Positions 1 to 13,200 of a stretch of 64,000 nucleotides of DNA are shown piece by piece (within the stretch, counting starts at the first letter, position 1; every line of letters starts with the position of its first letter). Below the pieces are notes generated by a model, which saw only the letters and a list, made by a program, of their open reading frames with translations, was not told the DNA's origin and did not search any database. This stretch comes from Squalus acanthias. Its lineage: Eukaryota. Location of the stretch: assembly GCA_030390025.1 (NCBI GenBank), contig CM059427.1:188170001-188234000 (forward strand), read 5' to 3'. A program made the position numbers and the translations under genes.

Positions 1-1019
1 GCCAACCAAGGATGCTGCTCAACAGCTGCACTTTCTGGTTGGTTAATGTGTGTAACATCTGAATGAGGCTGAGGTCACTGTCTTATGTACTTGGTACAAA
101 ATATAATCCAATCCTGAAATGTCGAAGTGGCCAAAATATGATCGTGACTTTACTGGGCCTGGACCATTGCTCCTGAGGTGTTGGCCCAAACTACACCAGA
201 ATGAGGTGACCATAACAGAAAGTCAACTCATTTACATTTGTTAGTGACACTCATGGTACATAGTGCCTGGTACACGGGGAATGTCACACGGGTCGGGCAC
301 CAGAGTGTTGGGCGCCAGCAGCTAATGGATGCCACCATTATTTTGGCCTGACATTGGAATTAAAGTCCCTGTTGAAGATTTGATTCTTACTTGTCATGTT
401 GTAGGTGGGACTGAAAGTCAGGGGGGGCATTTTTAGAACAAGCCTCTCCTGAAGTGCCATTCCTCATGGACGATCAATGATTGGAGCCCTGCTCAGGAGC
501 ATTTTGGGAGCCCACTCATTTAAATAACGTAATGACTTTTGATGTGGATTTTGTGCACAGGCTCCCAGTGCGTGTGTTGGGTGGTCTTACTGAAGTGTGC
601 GAGGCACATTGAGAACAGAGTGGGACTGGAGCCTTCTCCATGTCTGATAATATGGGCACTACATTTCCATCACACCCTCCTCTGGTGAGATTCCATCACC
701 TGTCCATTGTGGTGTCGGCTTCCCCAAATGTCATTCAAACCATGTAACCTTAACCTGACCCCGGATACTCCAGCAGGGTCAGGGGTAAAGGTCATCGGCC
801 GCACTCTGGCTCACTTACGCTGGCAGAGCTGGACTGAGAATTTTCAGGCTCGCTGTGTTATTCTACTGATAAAATGCACTTGTGTGTAATCTGGCCTGAC
901 TCTTTAATGCAGCAGGTACAAGTGCTGATGATGGGCACATCCTACGGTCAGTTAGAACCTAATCATTGGATTGTACATGTCACTACTTACACTAAATCTT
1001 ATTGATCTGTTTTTCACAG

Positions 1020-1289
1020 TTGAGTCGAGTCCACAGAGTGCTGTGGTGGGCAGTGACGTTACACTCAGCTGTACCATCTCCAAACTCTCAGATACAGTCA
1101 GTCTTCAATGGAAACAGAGAGACTCATCTCAGCAGAACAGGAGCAACACTGATCAGATCCGACTAAATAACACAGTCTATCTGATCGTCAAACATGTTGC
1201 AGTAGAGGATAAGAAGTTGTACGCGTGTGAAGTGCAGGAAAATGGATCCATTATTCTCACAGGAAAAGCAGATTTTTCTGTGGCCCAGG
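1020..1289 (+). CDS. Gene A Ig domain D2 exon (C2-type)
   Basis: ttttcacag|TTGAGTCG ... GCCCAGG|gtaagt; [37 protein letters not shown]; canonical C-W-C. Confidence 0.9.
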
Positions 1290-4200
1290 GTAAGTGCAGT
1301 TACCTCACAGTAGATATTAAAGAGTTACTAATATAAAACTGTTACATCTAAAGTGGAGTCATACATGTCAACCATCAGCACTTCATGCTTACAGTCAGCA
1401 TGTGGGGGCCTGGTGCACATATCAGCATTGAACAAAAAACTGGCCTCTCGCCCCTCAATGCCACTTCTAACCGAGTTCTGCTGCTATTTGAAGTGATTCC
1501 AGCTGCTGCATACTCAAGGCTTCAAATAAGCATTCAGCTGGGAGCAGGACTGAGGGAAGAGGGAAGGGCAGGGAATCAATGGCCATGAATGGAGAGGGAA
1601 GGATGGAAATGATGGCAATGTAGAGGAGAGATGGTGGGCAGAGGGAAATGACAGAGGCTGGGAGTGGGGCTTTGGGGGAGGAAGAGGGAAAAGCTGAGAG
1701 TGGAACTTTGGAGTAAAAGATAAGAATTTGCATTTGTGTGAAGTGTAGAAAAAAGACTCTGTTATTAAAATAGCATCAAAACTATTGGTGTGGATCAGGG
1801 TAAGGCCAGAACTACCTTACAGTAGATAACAAATAGTTACTGAAATAACACTGTTACACACAAAGTACAGGGTGCACAGAGACAGCATATGCTTTTACTA
1901 CAGACTGGGACCTTATTTTCTCTTTGGAACATTGGTGTAAATATAACATTGCAATACAGTGGGCAAATATCAACAACCAGGTCTTGATGGATCTGACAAT
2001 AAATAGCTAAAGAGTTGAAGGTGGACACCATTCACACACAGCTCATCAGTTACCCAAACACAGAGACAATTCTTTTCTAAATATGGTTCACTTTACTCAC
2101 TGCAAGGGCACAGCATTAAAGTCCAGCCGTGAATATCTATTCACTGCTCTTCCAATACACACACATATGGCCGGAATTTTCCAGGGTGGCAGCGGGGGCG
2201 ATCGGTGGTGGGTCGGGTGGGACAGTTATTATTTTTGGGATTGGTTTGGGAACCTGCTGTCATCCCGCCCCCATCGCCTTTCCCCCAGGCGCCTCTGTCA
2301 TCGCGGAGCCGACCCAACTGGCAGAGGCGGGCGGACCAATTGAGATGATTAACAGCTCATTTTTAGACCATTAACAGTCTTTTTTAACTGACTTTTTAAA
2401 TTTAACTGCACGGCCACGGCAACCACATTGCTCAGGAAGCACGTCTGTCAACCTGAGGCGGGAGTTCCATGGTTATTGTTCCAGCTGATTACTTGACAGC
2501 ATCTAATGTACAGCAAAAGCCCCCACCTGACAGATGATCACTTTCCTCAGGCAGAAACTGTTGCTCAGTCGATTTCCAGCACAGATTCTGCAGGCTGCAA
2601 GTGTTTCCAGCAAAGTCTCCATCCAGTCTCACCTCATTGGAAGAACTCTCTCACCATTGACAGAATGCTTCTGTTATCTGTACTTCACCTGCCATCTATT
2701 CCTTCAGCATGGGAGCCATTGATACTGTCTCAACTTGGTCCTCAGAATTGGAACACGATGAGCCCCAACACCAGCAGCACCAACAACAACACCAACCTTC
2801 TCCGCAATCACCTGATGCTGCACAGGACAGCGGGCATCAGCAGCCAAGTGCATTGCTGTCCGGGAGGCCAGGGATGGCCTCATCATGGCCAGATTTAGTT
2901 AACTTTACGCTGTATACCTATATGGCTGCCACATGAAGCACCAGGTTGTCACCACCCCACACCAGCACCACAAAGCATCCCTAACAATCCCCAAGCCATT
3001 CCTTTCACACTCATCACCATTGCGGGAGGTACCGTTATGTCTCACCATTCACTACAACTCACTAAGCCACTTCCAAAGGTGCACACAAATCTGTTGAAGA
3101 CTGGAAAGTGTTGAAAATAAAAAAAATTATGTTTGACATCACACTAACAGAAACTTCACATAGACATTGGAAAAAACACCCAAGTGGTTCCCCTTGTGTG
3201 TTGTTAGTTGCACTAGGATGAGGGTGAGTGTGAGGGGTGGCTAGTGAGATGGGGATGTGATAATGAGAGAGAGGGATGGGTGGAGGTGCAAGGTATGTTG
3301 GTGTGAGTTTAGATATGCAGGATTAGGGTAGGGAAAGCAGAGTAATGGGGATGTGATGAGAGGCACAGCAGGATGAAGTTGAGTGTGGCTTTGTTCTCAC
3401 CTTTCCTGATCTAATGAGATCATTGAAATGTTAGCGGCACTGCACCCAGGTCCTGCTGACAACATCCCTGCTTGTGACCTCCTCTGCAATCGGCAAACAG
3501 GCTGTTTTGGTCTGCTGTGGAGGTCTCTTCCACATCGGAAAAGAAGAGGACGTCCCTATGTGCTGTTATTCCCTCCATAAGCACATGGAGGGAGTGATCG
3601 GAGAACCTGGGTGCAGCCCTGTACCTTTCTGCAGTCATTGTCAGTGTTTGCAGCACTCCAATTTTAATTTTTATTAACTTCTGTTGTATTTTGTGAATTG
3701 AAGTCACCCAAGCTGTGCAATTTTTAAACAAATGTGAGAAGTTGCACAACACCAGGTTATAGTCCAACAGTTTTAAATCTTTCGGAGCGCTGCTCCTTCG
3801 TCTGGTGAAGTGAAGAGATGTATATTGGCACAGCATATATAGTCAGAGAACACTGCCAGATGGTTACTAACTGCCCTTTATCACACCTCGGCAGAGAGAT
3901 AATCATGGCAATCAAAGGTGTGGCTGGTGTCCAAACAGGTCAGTCAGGAAAACATTACATCAAAGACAATGAGGTGGGGTCACAAGGGTTCAAATGTGGC
4001 TATCGACACCACAATTTTTAAACAGTTCATAGCTTTGATAAATTAGGATATGATGATCCAAACACAAAGTATTTTTGTATAATTGTGGTTGGTAATTATT
4101 CTGGCTTTTCTCTCTACCTCAGCAATTGTAAAATTCTAACACGTTGTTGTCTGTCTCTCTATTGCAGATTTATATCGGAAGAGTTACACACTTTATCGGT

Positions 4201-7200
4201 CAGGCACAGATCACAGTGAACTCGACCTGATTTGCTATTATGCTTATGCTACTTACAACACTGCTGCATGGACCTGGAGGTCACATCATCTTCAAAATCA
4301 GAAGAAAAGATTAGCATCTGCTTTGAAATCTCAGCTCATCAATGTAGACAGGACCTACTTTGGGAGTCGACTGGTGCCCACAGAGACAAAGTTTAATGGC
4401 AAGAACTTCAGTGTGAGGATTGTCCCTGTGCTGTTTGAAGATGCAGGAGTTTACACATGTTCTCTGGAATCATATAAATTTGTGACCATTAAACTAATCA
4501 CAGTTAAAGGTAGGAGACAGAATGTTGTCGTTGTTTTCAGTGATAAAGTTATTGTTTAAAATCTAAATGATTTTCTTGTTTCCGCAGTCACAGCTGAACC
4601 ATCTGATGCAGTGAATGAGGGAGACACCGTTACCCTGACCTGCTCTGTCTCTGATGTCACTGAATCAATGAGACTTGTTTGGATCAATAGTGATGGCAAA
4701 ACTGTTGAAGAGAAAACATGGAATGGACAGAATGGGGAAGAGAAATCATTGAGACTGATTATTCCGAAAGCTGACAGAGGCAGAGGGAACTGGAAATGTG
4801 CTTTGTTTTATCAAAATAGGCCCCGGGTTTTAGTCCCGTACTATCTGGAGCCCAGTGGTAAGTGACTCAGGGTTTGCTCTTTATATTTATATTCTCGATA
4901 GAAAATTCTGGTCACTTATTGTTCTTGTTGCCAGAAGCAGCCCCTCCTTTATATCCTGTGTGTGAGGCTCTACAGTGGGGCAGAGTCTCAGAAAATCTAC
5001 CCTGAGATAAATACTGTGTTTACAAGGGCAGGTCAGATGCTGGGGATTCTGCAAATGTCTCCCTCATCTACTCCTCGATTGCTAAGCAGTGTGTAAGATG
5101 GGGGAGAGGAGGGAGCAGAGGAGGCAGAGGCTGCCTTGATTTTGGACAAAACAGTCCATGAACTCTTTGGCTGGAAACTTTGTGGCGTCCGTGCGGCGGG
5201 ATTGGAGGCGGGTCGGGAATTAAAGTTGAAATAACTTGGAGCTGGTCGGGAACCCGCCGTCATCCTGCCTCTACGCACCTTTCCCTCTGCCACGTTTGCC
5301 AGCGCGGCAGCGACCCGAACGACAGAGGCAGCCGAGCTAATTTAGATGATTATTAGTACTTGTCAGACCCTTAATTGTCTTTTTAACCCTACCTTTCAAA
5401 TTTCCCTGGATGACCACGGGAATCACACAGCTCAGGAACCACCTCTGTGAACCTGAGCCGGAAGTTCAGTGGCCATTGATCCCGTTCAGTAGTGCACAGC
5501 ATGGAAAGCACAATAAATACTCCCACCTGACACCTGCTTACTTTGCTAAGGCAGGTGCTGTTGCTGACTGTATTGTCAGCACAGATTAGCTTTCTAGAGG
5601 TTGCAAGTGTTTTCAGCAAAGTCGGGATCCACTGTCACCTCATTGGTAGAACCTATCACACCATTGACAGATTGCTTCTGTCATCTCTACTGACCTGCCA
5701 TCTATTACATAAGCATGGGTGCCGTTTATACTGTCTCACCTTGTCCTCAGAATTGGACCACGATGAGCTCCAACACCAGCAGCACCAACAATCACACCAG
5801 CAGCACCAACAATCACACCAGCAACCTTCTCCTCACCAACCTGATGCTGCACAGGACAGAGGACATCAGAGCTGCAATACGCCGGAGACGATACCCACAA
5901 CACAGGGTATACAGGCAGAGGATGAGCTTCCTCAACATGACTGAGCAGCAGTGCCAAAGGAGGCTCAGGCTATCACACCAGGTCGTCGCAGACATTTGCA
6001 GATTGCTGGAGCAAAACCTGCAGCCCAGAGGAGCGGGTGGACATGCCTTACCAGTGACTGTCAAAGTCACCAGCGTCCTCAACTTCTTCGCCTCAGGCTC
6101 CTTCCAGGGATCTGCAGCAGACATTTGCGGCATCTCACAGTTGGCCGCCCACAGATGCATCACACAGGGCACCGTTGCCCTTTTTGACAAGTCAGTCAAT
6201 TATATCAACTTTGCCACTGATGAAGCCAGTGTTACTGAACGGGCGCTTGGCTTTGGCACTCTGGCTGGCTTCCCATGGGTGCAGGGCGTCATCAGCTGCA
6301 CACATGTGGCCATTTGGTCACCCCATCATCACCCAGGATTCTTTGTCAACCGCAAGGGCTTCCACTCCCTCAATGTGCAGCTCGTCTCCAATCATAGGAA
6401 GATCATCATGCACGTGTGCGCCAAATTCCCTGGCAGCTGCCTTGATTTTTCGTCCTGCACCAGCCCACCCTCCCTCAGCTCTTCGCTGCTCCAAACAGAC
6501 TTTCCGGCTGGCTGCTTGGAGACAAGCCGTGGCTCATGACACCCTTGAGGAGGCCAAGTACTGAGGCCGAGGAGAGATATAGCCAGGCTCTCCAGCATCG
6601 TCATGCTCTCCTGTGCTCTGCACAACACAGCGCAGCAGCGAGGATCAGCCCTGTATGAGGAGAAAGACACTGAGTGCACGGCCTCTTCAGAGGAGGAGGA
6701 GGAGGAGGAGGAGGAGCATCAGCTTGAAGACCAGGAGGAGCAGGAGCAGGAGGAACCTGCAGTCCAGATCCCTCCATCACCCGAGTACATTGCTGCCCAG
6801 AAGGCCAGTTATGGTCTCATCATGGTCAGATTTAATTAACTTCAGGCATTACATCCTGGCTGCCATATGCTGTGCCAGGCTCCCAACACCCCACACCAAC
6901 ACCATAAAGCATCCCTACAATGAACAAAAATTCCTTTCACACTGACCGCCATTGCTGGAGGTAACGTTATGTCTCACTATTCACTCCAACTCGCTGAACC
7001 ACTTCCAAATTTGCAGATAGAATTCGCCATGACCGGAAAGTGGTGAAAATAATCATTTTTTTCTGTGACATCAGATTAACGGAAACTTCACACAGTTATT
7101 AAAACACACAAGTGCTTACCCTTGTGCATCTACTTGTGTGTCATCTTTCTCTTACATTGCTTCAACGAGGTGCTACCCCTATGGCTTCAGCAGAGGTAGA

Positions 7201-10200
7201 GGCAGCCTGCTCACTTCCCTGCTGCGACTGCATAGACACTTTTGGCGGACATCCTCTAGGTCTAGGGGCCTGTGATGGCCCCGCAAATGTCTGCTCCTCC
7301 TGTGACAGGGCACGGGCAGATTCGACCATTGCGATCCCAGGAGGCATGTGGGGCTCTGTCTGAGGGGGAGGCAACAGGGGAGAAGTGTGAGCGCTGTGAG
7401 AGGAGCTCCTATTTCCATGTCCCTTCTCACATTCATCCCTCTCATGGGACACCCGCACATCCCTGCTAGCAAGGAGGTGGACAGCACCTTGCTGCACAGC
7501 AGTGGGTCCATGAGGACCCAAGTCTGCATTTACATCCCTCCTAGAGAGGACGTCGATGAGCATCTGCCATCTATTCCCCATAGATTCCATGTGCTCATGT
7601 GAGTGGTGCATTAGCAGCTCCATGCAGGTGGCTATCCTTTCCATGGAAGATCATAAAGTTGCCATCACCGACGACACAGTGGTGCTCATGTTGGTGATAG
7701 ACTCCTCCATTCTCCGCACATTTGCAGACATTGTGGTCGCAGAACCTGTCAAAGCCTCCTGCATTCTTGCTGCACCTCCAGGATCGGCCTCTTTCTCGAT
7801 GGCCCCCAAGGCTAAGTGTCTGCATGCAGCTGAGCAGAGCTAGGGGCATCCTGCGCCCTCCGGCGAGGTGTCTCCACTGCTGTTCCTATCTCCATCATCT
7901 CCTTTTGCTCACTTGTGACTTGTGAGACACCAGGTGACAACACTATATCTCGCGTAGGACCCAGCGAGGTGTGCGTATCTGCACTGGTGCTGGGTGCGCT
8001 TATATCTGCTGACGGTGCAACCTCAGAGGCTGGAGGCTCCTCTGAGGAGTCATCTTCCTCTTCCTCCTGGACAATGGGGGGGCTGGGGGGGAGGCTCTTA
8101 ATGGACCTGTGGGAGAGTAAAGAGATGATTTAGATATGTAATATCAAGAATAGATAACAATACCATTATGCACATGATGATCATTCACTGGCTGCTGACA
8201 GCAGTCCCCATATGAGTGACTGCTGTATGCCATGTGGTTGTATGAGATGTAACTCTGTCACAAGGTTGCTGAGATGTCCCTCTCTCTGTTTCCCACCTCC
8301 AGCTGCTCTGAGACTTCTGAGAATTCCAGGGTGACCTCCATTACACATTTAAGGTGGCCAATGATGAAGGGCCACCCCCGGTTCTCTCCCTCTCCCTCTT
8401 ATTGTGGGCATTCTTCTCCTGAAAGGAGGGAAAGAAGAGAAGTTTGAGTGAGTGTAGAGGGCGACTATGATGGAGTGGGGTGTCAATGCCAAGTGGCCTC
8501 CTTGTGTGTTGTTAGTTGGTATGATTGCATTAGGATGAGGGTGAGTGTGAGGGGTGGTTAGTCAGATGGGGATGTGATAATGTAGATAGAGTGAGAGGGA
8601 TGGGTGGATGTGCAAGGTATGTTGGTGTGAGTAATGATGTGCAGGAGCAGGCTTGGGAAGGCAGAGTGATGGGATGGATGAGAGCACAGCAGGATGAAGT
8701 TGAGTGTGGCTTTGCACTCACATTTCCTGATCTAATGAGATCATTGAAGCATTTCCGGCACTGCACCCAGGTCCTCCTGACAACATCCCTGCTGTTGGCC
8801 TCCTCTGCAATCTCCAACCAGGCTCCTTTGGTCTGCTGGGGAGGTCTCTTCCGTCCATCCAAAGGGAAGAGGACCTCCCTGCGAGCTCTGACTCCTTCCA
8901 CAAGCATATGGAGGGAGTCATCTGAGAAACTGGGTGCAGCCCTCTGCCTCTGTGCAGTCATGTTTCCAAGTGTTTGGAACACTCCAATGCTGCAGTACAG
9001 AGCCTGCACAATCCTAGATGAACCTTTAAATGCAATGTGGCCATGGCTCCTTTAAATATCCCGGGTGAAAACACCATCAGACCTGCCATCAGACCCGCAC
9101 CATTTAATAGGGCCGGGTAACGTGCAGGGCTGCCTTAATAGGCGCCATTTAGGGAAAGTCGATCTGAGGAGAGGAATGGAATGTGAACGGGGTCGCGACC
9201 TGCCACGGCAACCGCCCCCACCCGACCCGCCCAGGTACAGAAAATTCCGGCCTTTGCATTTGTTATCAAAGATCACAATGGAGACTGTGGGATGGGTTGT
9301 CTTAAGAGGAGGTATGTGGTGGAGGAGGAGAGATTGCAGTGGTCCAGCATGTCCCTGGAGTGTTCGGGCTATTTGTTAACTGGGCACTGGTATAAAATTG
9401 TCCAGAATGTGCTCCCCACCATCTGGACTGTAAGAAAGCCCATCTAAAGTTCTGGAGCTTTCCTCTGCCCTTGTTACATGATCAGACTAGATACCTGTGA
9501 AAATGGAAAAAATAAACCAGGATGAAAAAGGCAGCTGGTTGTATCCAAATATATATTTCCTTCCTCTTCCTTATCTATCTTGGTGACATCATGCGCAGGT
9601 TCAGGGTTCAACTTGTTGTTGAGGACCCCCAGCTCTCCCTCTCCACCATTTCCCATAACCCCCACGACTACCTTTGGTCTTCAGCCTTCAGCCACAGTCT
9701 GAAATTACCACTAAATATCTCCACCTCTCCATTTCTCCGTGCCCCTTAAAAACATTCTCCAAACACATTTTTTTCAATGTTCAGTCATATCTCCTAACTT
9801 TCACATCATTGCTTGTTGTCTTTTGATCCTTTTACCTATTTCCCCCTCTGTGTAAACAGTCTTGGAAGGTGTTCTTCATCAAAAGTGCAATAGAAATATA
9901 AGTTTTTGTTTAACTTTTGAGGGCTAAGAAACTATCTGAGAAACAATGATCCAACATTATAAGTGTATCTATAAGAAAGTGACGTTCTTCTTTACAGCTC
10001 TTTAATGGTGTGTATGTGCTGTCTCACTTCTGAAATGAACTATAACTAACAACATACTGAAAACAAATTGTCGACAGGACCAATAATTACACAGATCGGA
10101 TTGAGAAATTGCTATCTGATTTTAAAATGTTGGTTCTCCTTTCTTGCAGGAAGCCAGAATTATATTTATTTTTTCCATCAGGAAGGCAGCTTTGTATTGA

Positions 10201-13200
10201 AAGGACCAGACATTCCTGGAAATGGCTCCATTGTCTGGGAATGGAGACCACACTCAGGGCAACAAACTACAAAGCAATTGGGAACTTTCCACAGAGAAGA
10301 TCAGCGGTGGGCGGTACAATGGCGCGAGGAGTACAATAATATACCAGGCATTTCTCAGAGGATACGTGAGGACTGGGGAACCCTTAATCTGAGAATCAGA
10401 AACCCCACCTTTGAACTTGCGGGATTGTTCACCTGGACTCAGACACAGCCCAGCAAGAAAATCCTGAAACAGTATGAAATATTTGGGATCAAAGGTAAGT
10501 AGCACAACAAATGGAAAGGATTCAATCATATAATTTTTTTGTGAGTAATTCCACAAATATTCCGAACAGAATGTTGGGATGATGTCCTGATCCTCCAGTT
10601 CTATCACCCAGCCCAGAATGAATCTCTTATTAAAAGCAGCCAGGTGGGTAAAAATCCTCTGTGCATTAGAACTAGTGGATGCACGAAGGGCTAGTAATTT
10701 TGATAGTTACCACTAGCATGTTGTTGCAATTTTTGTCCATCCTTCTAAAATTCCTGAGACAATGACCTTGGAGGAGGATGGAGCGGGTGGCGATGGTGTG
10801 GAATTCGTGGCGAGGGCCAAAGACGATGGCTTCAGTCTTCCAAATATTTAACTGGAGGAAATTGCGGCTCATCCAAGACTGATGTTAGACAAGTGATCTG
10901 ACAGCACAGAGGCAGTGGAGGGATTGAGAGTGGTGGTGGAGAGGTAGAGCTCGGTGTCGTGAATATGCATGTGGAGCTGACCCAATGTCTTTGGATGATG
11001 TTTAGCTGGAAGTAGGTGATCTTTGTGATGGAGACGATGTGGGGTCAGAAGCTTAGCCGAGGGCTAAAGAGTCTGCTTCAACCTGAGACAATGGCCAGGG
11101 AGAGAGATGTAGCTGCTTGTGATGTATGGAGATCGTGGTGCGGGCTGAAGAAGATGGCTTCGGCCTTCATATATTTAACTGGAGGAAATTACAGCTCATT
11201 CAAGACTAGATGTTAGGCAAGTGATCTGACAGCACAGAGGCAGTGGAGGGATAGAGAGAAGTGGTGGAAAGGTAGAGCTGCGTTTCATCAATACAGATGT
11301 GCAAGCTGAGCAAATGTCTTAAGATGAAGATTTACTAGAATGGGACCAGGGGGATGAGGGTCTTCTGTTATGTGGAGAGATTGGAGAAGCTGGGGCAGAG
11401 AACGTTAAGAGGAGATTTGATGGAGCGGTTCAAAATCATGAATGGTTTTGATTGAGTAAATAATGAGAAACTGATTCCAGTGGCAAAAGGGTCGGTAACC
11501 AGGGAAGACAGATTTAAGGTGATTGGTGACCAGATGCAGCATGAGGAAACATTCTTTTACACAGCGAGTTGTTGTGATCCCGAATGCACTGCCTGAAAGT
11601 GTGGTGGAAGCAGATTCAAGAGTAACTTTCAAAAGAGAATTGGATAAATACTTGAAGGAAAATATTTACAGGATATAGGGAAAGAGCACGGGAGTGGAAC
11701 TAATTGGATAGCTCTAGCAAAGAGCCGGCACAGACACGATGCACCGAATAGCCTCCTTCTGTGCTGTATCATTCTATGGGCCTGAAATTTGGCCCCTTAG
11801 CGCCGGCTGTTTAGGCCGGTTTTGTGGAAAAAATGTCACCCGCCTCACTTCTGCCTATTGGTGAAGCCGGCGTTCGGCTATTAACATATTCAAAGAAGGG
11901 GCCTTATGCCTGCTTCTGCTCCCTCTTGCAAATTTACTTGTATCTGTGACAGTCAGTGCCAGCAATGTTTACTCCCGGGAAAACAAACATTAATCAGTGC
12001 CGAATGAAAAAAAGGTAAGTACTTACCATTGGCATCTCTGACCTCACTCCCGACTCCGACCTCCAGGTCCTCTCTGATTTCCCCCAATGAGGCCCCGACC
12101 TCCAGGTCCCCCCGATGGCCCCGACCTCCCCCCGATGTTGTCCCCGAGTCCCGATCATCCCCCGCCGATCCTGGCCCCGTGTCCCGACCTACCTCAGAGT
12201 CTTTGCTGGGTGTTCAGACACTCAGCACGTTCAGTGCTGGGCTGAACGCCACAATAATGATAATCAGCCGGCGGAAACAAGTCCCGGTGCTGCCTGCGAT
12301 CTTTTTACGGGTGCGAGCAAACCTCGCCCCGCGGAGCCACTCCCGTTTACGGCATTATCGGATTTCTAGGCCGAAGATTCTATGTTGCCAAGGAGCAGCA
12401 TGTAGATGAGGAAGATGAGGGAGCCAAGGGGGACAAGTGGACATTATCTGGGAAATGTTCATAGTCAGCACTAAGCACGGCTGGTCAGCATTTGTCTGAC
12501 TGTGTCTGTTTGTAGAAAAAGAAAATTCTGAATGCAATAGTTCAGAACGTTTATGGAAAGCTATTCTACACGTCATTGATCTGTTTTTACAGTTGAGACA
12601 GATTCCCAGAGGCCTGTAATGGGCAGTGACATCACCCTCAGTTGTACCGTCTCCAGACTCTCAGATACAGTCAGTCTTCACTGGAAACCAAGAGACTCAT
12701 CTCAGCAGAACAGGAGGAACAACACCGATGAGATCCATCTGAATAACACGGTCTATCTGATAGTCAGACACGTTGGAGCAGAAAATCGGAATTTGTACAC
12801 ATGGGAAGTGCAGGAAAATGACTCCATTGTTCTCACTGGAAACACAAATGTTGATGTGGATCAGAGTAAGTCCAGAGCTAGCTTGCAGTAGGTGTTAAAT
12901 AGTTACTGATATAAAACTGTTACACATAAAGTACAGCGAGCACAGGCACCACTTTGGGCTTTTACTGCAGAATGTGGTCCTTGTTTTTGCCCTGGAACAT
13001 GGGTGTAAATATAAAATGGTGACATTAAGAGCTGATGTAACCAACCAGGTGAACTCAATGGATTCATTTCGATTCACATGTATGAATCAAAAAGAATAAA
13101 ATCCTTCAATATATAAAAGCAATTGCCATTCCAGTCTATTGGCCCCCCCTTGTGATCTGAACTGGATATTTGTGTCTATCGCAAGTGTCCTTTCTTAGTC

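Larger units (their letters stand above)
1..5053 (+). repeat. Segmental (gene) duplication, copy 1; copy 2 at 54997-61343
   Basis: Near-identical collinear intron and exon sequence (base 1 aligns to 54997). Copies differ by an LTR inserted in copy 2 and a short TSD-flanked insert in copy 1. Confidence 0.95.
5169..9252. mobile_element. PIF/Harbinger DNA transposon (defective)
   Basis: TIRs GGCTGGAAACTT / AAAATTCCGGCC, TTT TSD; convergent transposase (+) and spliced Myb/SANT gene (-). Confidence 0.9.

Noticed and set aside
707-2936. Short ORFs conserved between 0.7-2.9 kb and 55.7-57.9 kb
   Set aside because: Apart from the D2 exon, their conservation simply reflects the recent segmental duplication of intronic and TE sequence.
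4212-4218. CACAGTG heptamers in D3/D7 exons as V(D)J recombination signals
   Set aside because: They lie inside coding sequence (DHSE) with no ACAAAAACC-like nonamer at 12 or 23 bp; the exons are complete, non-rearranging domains.
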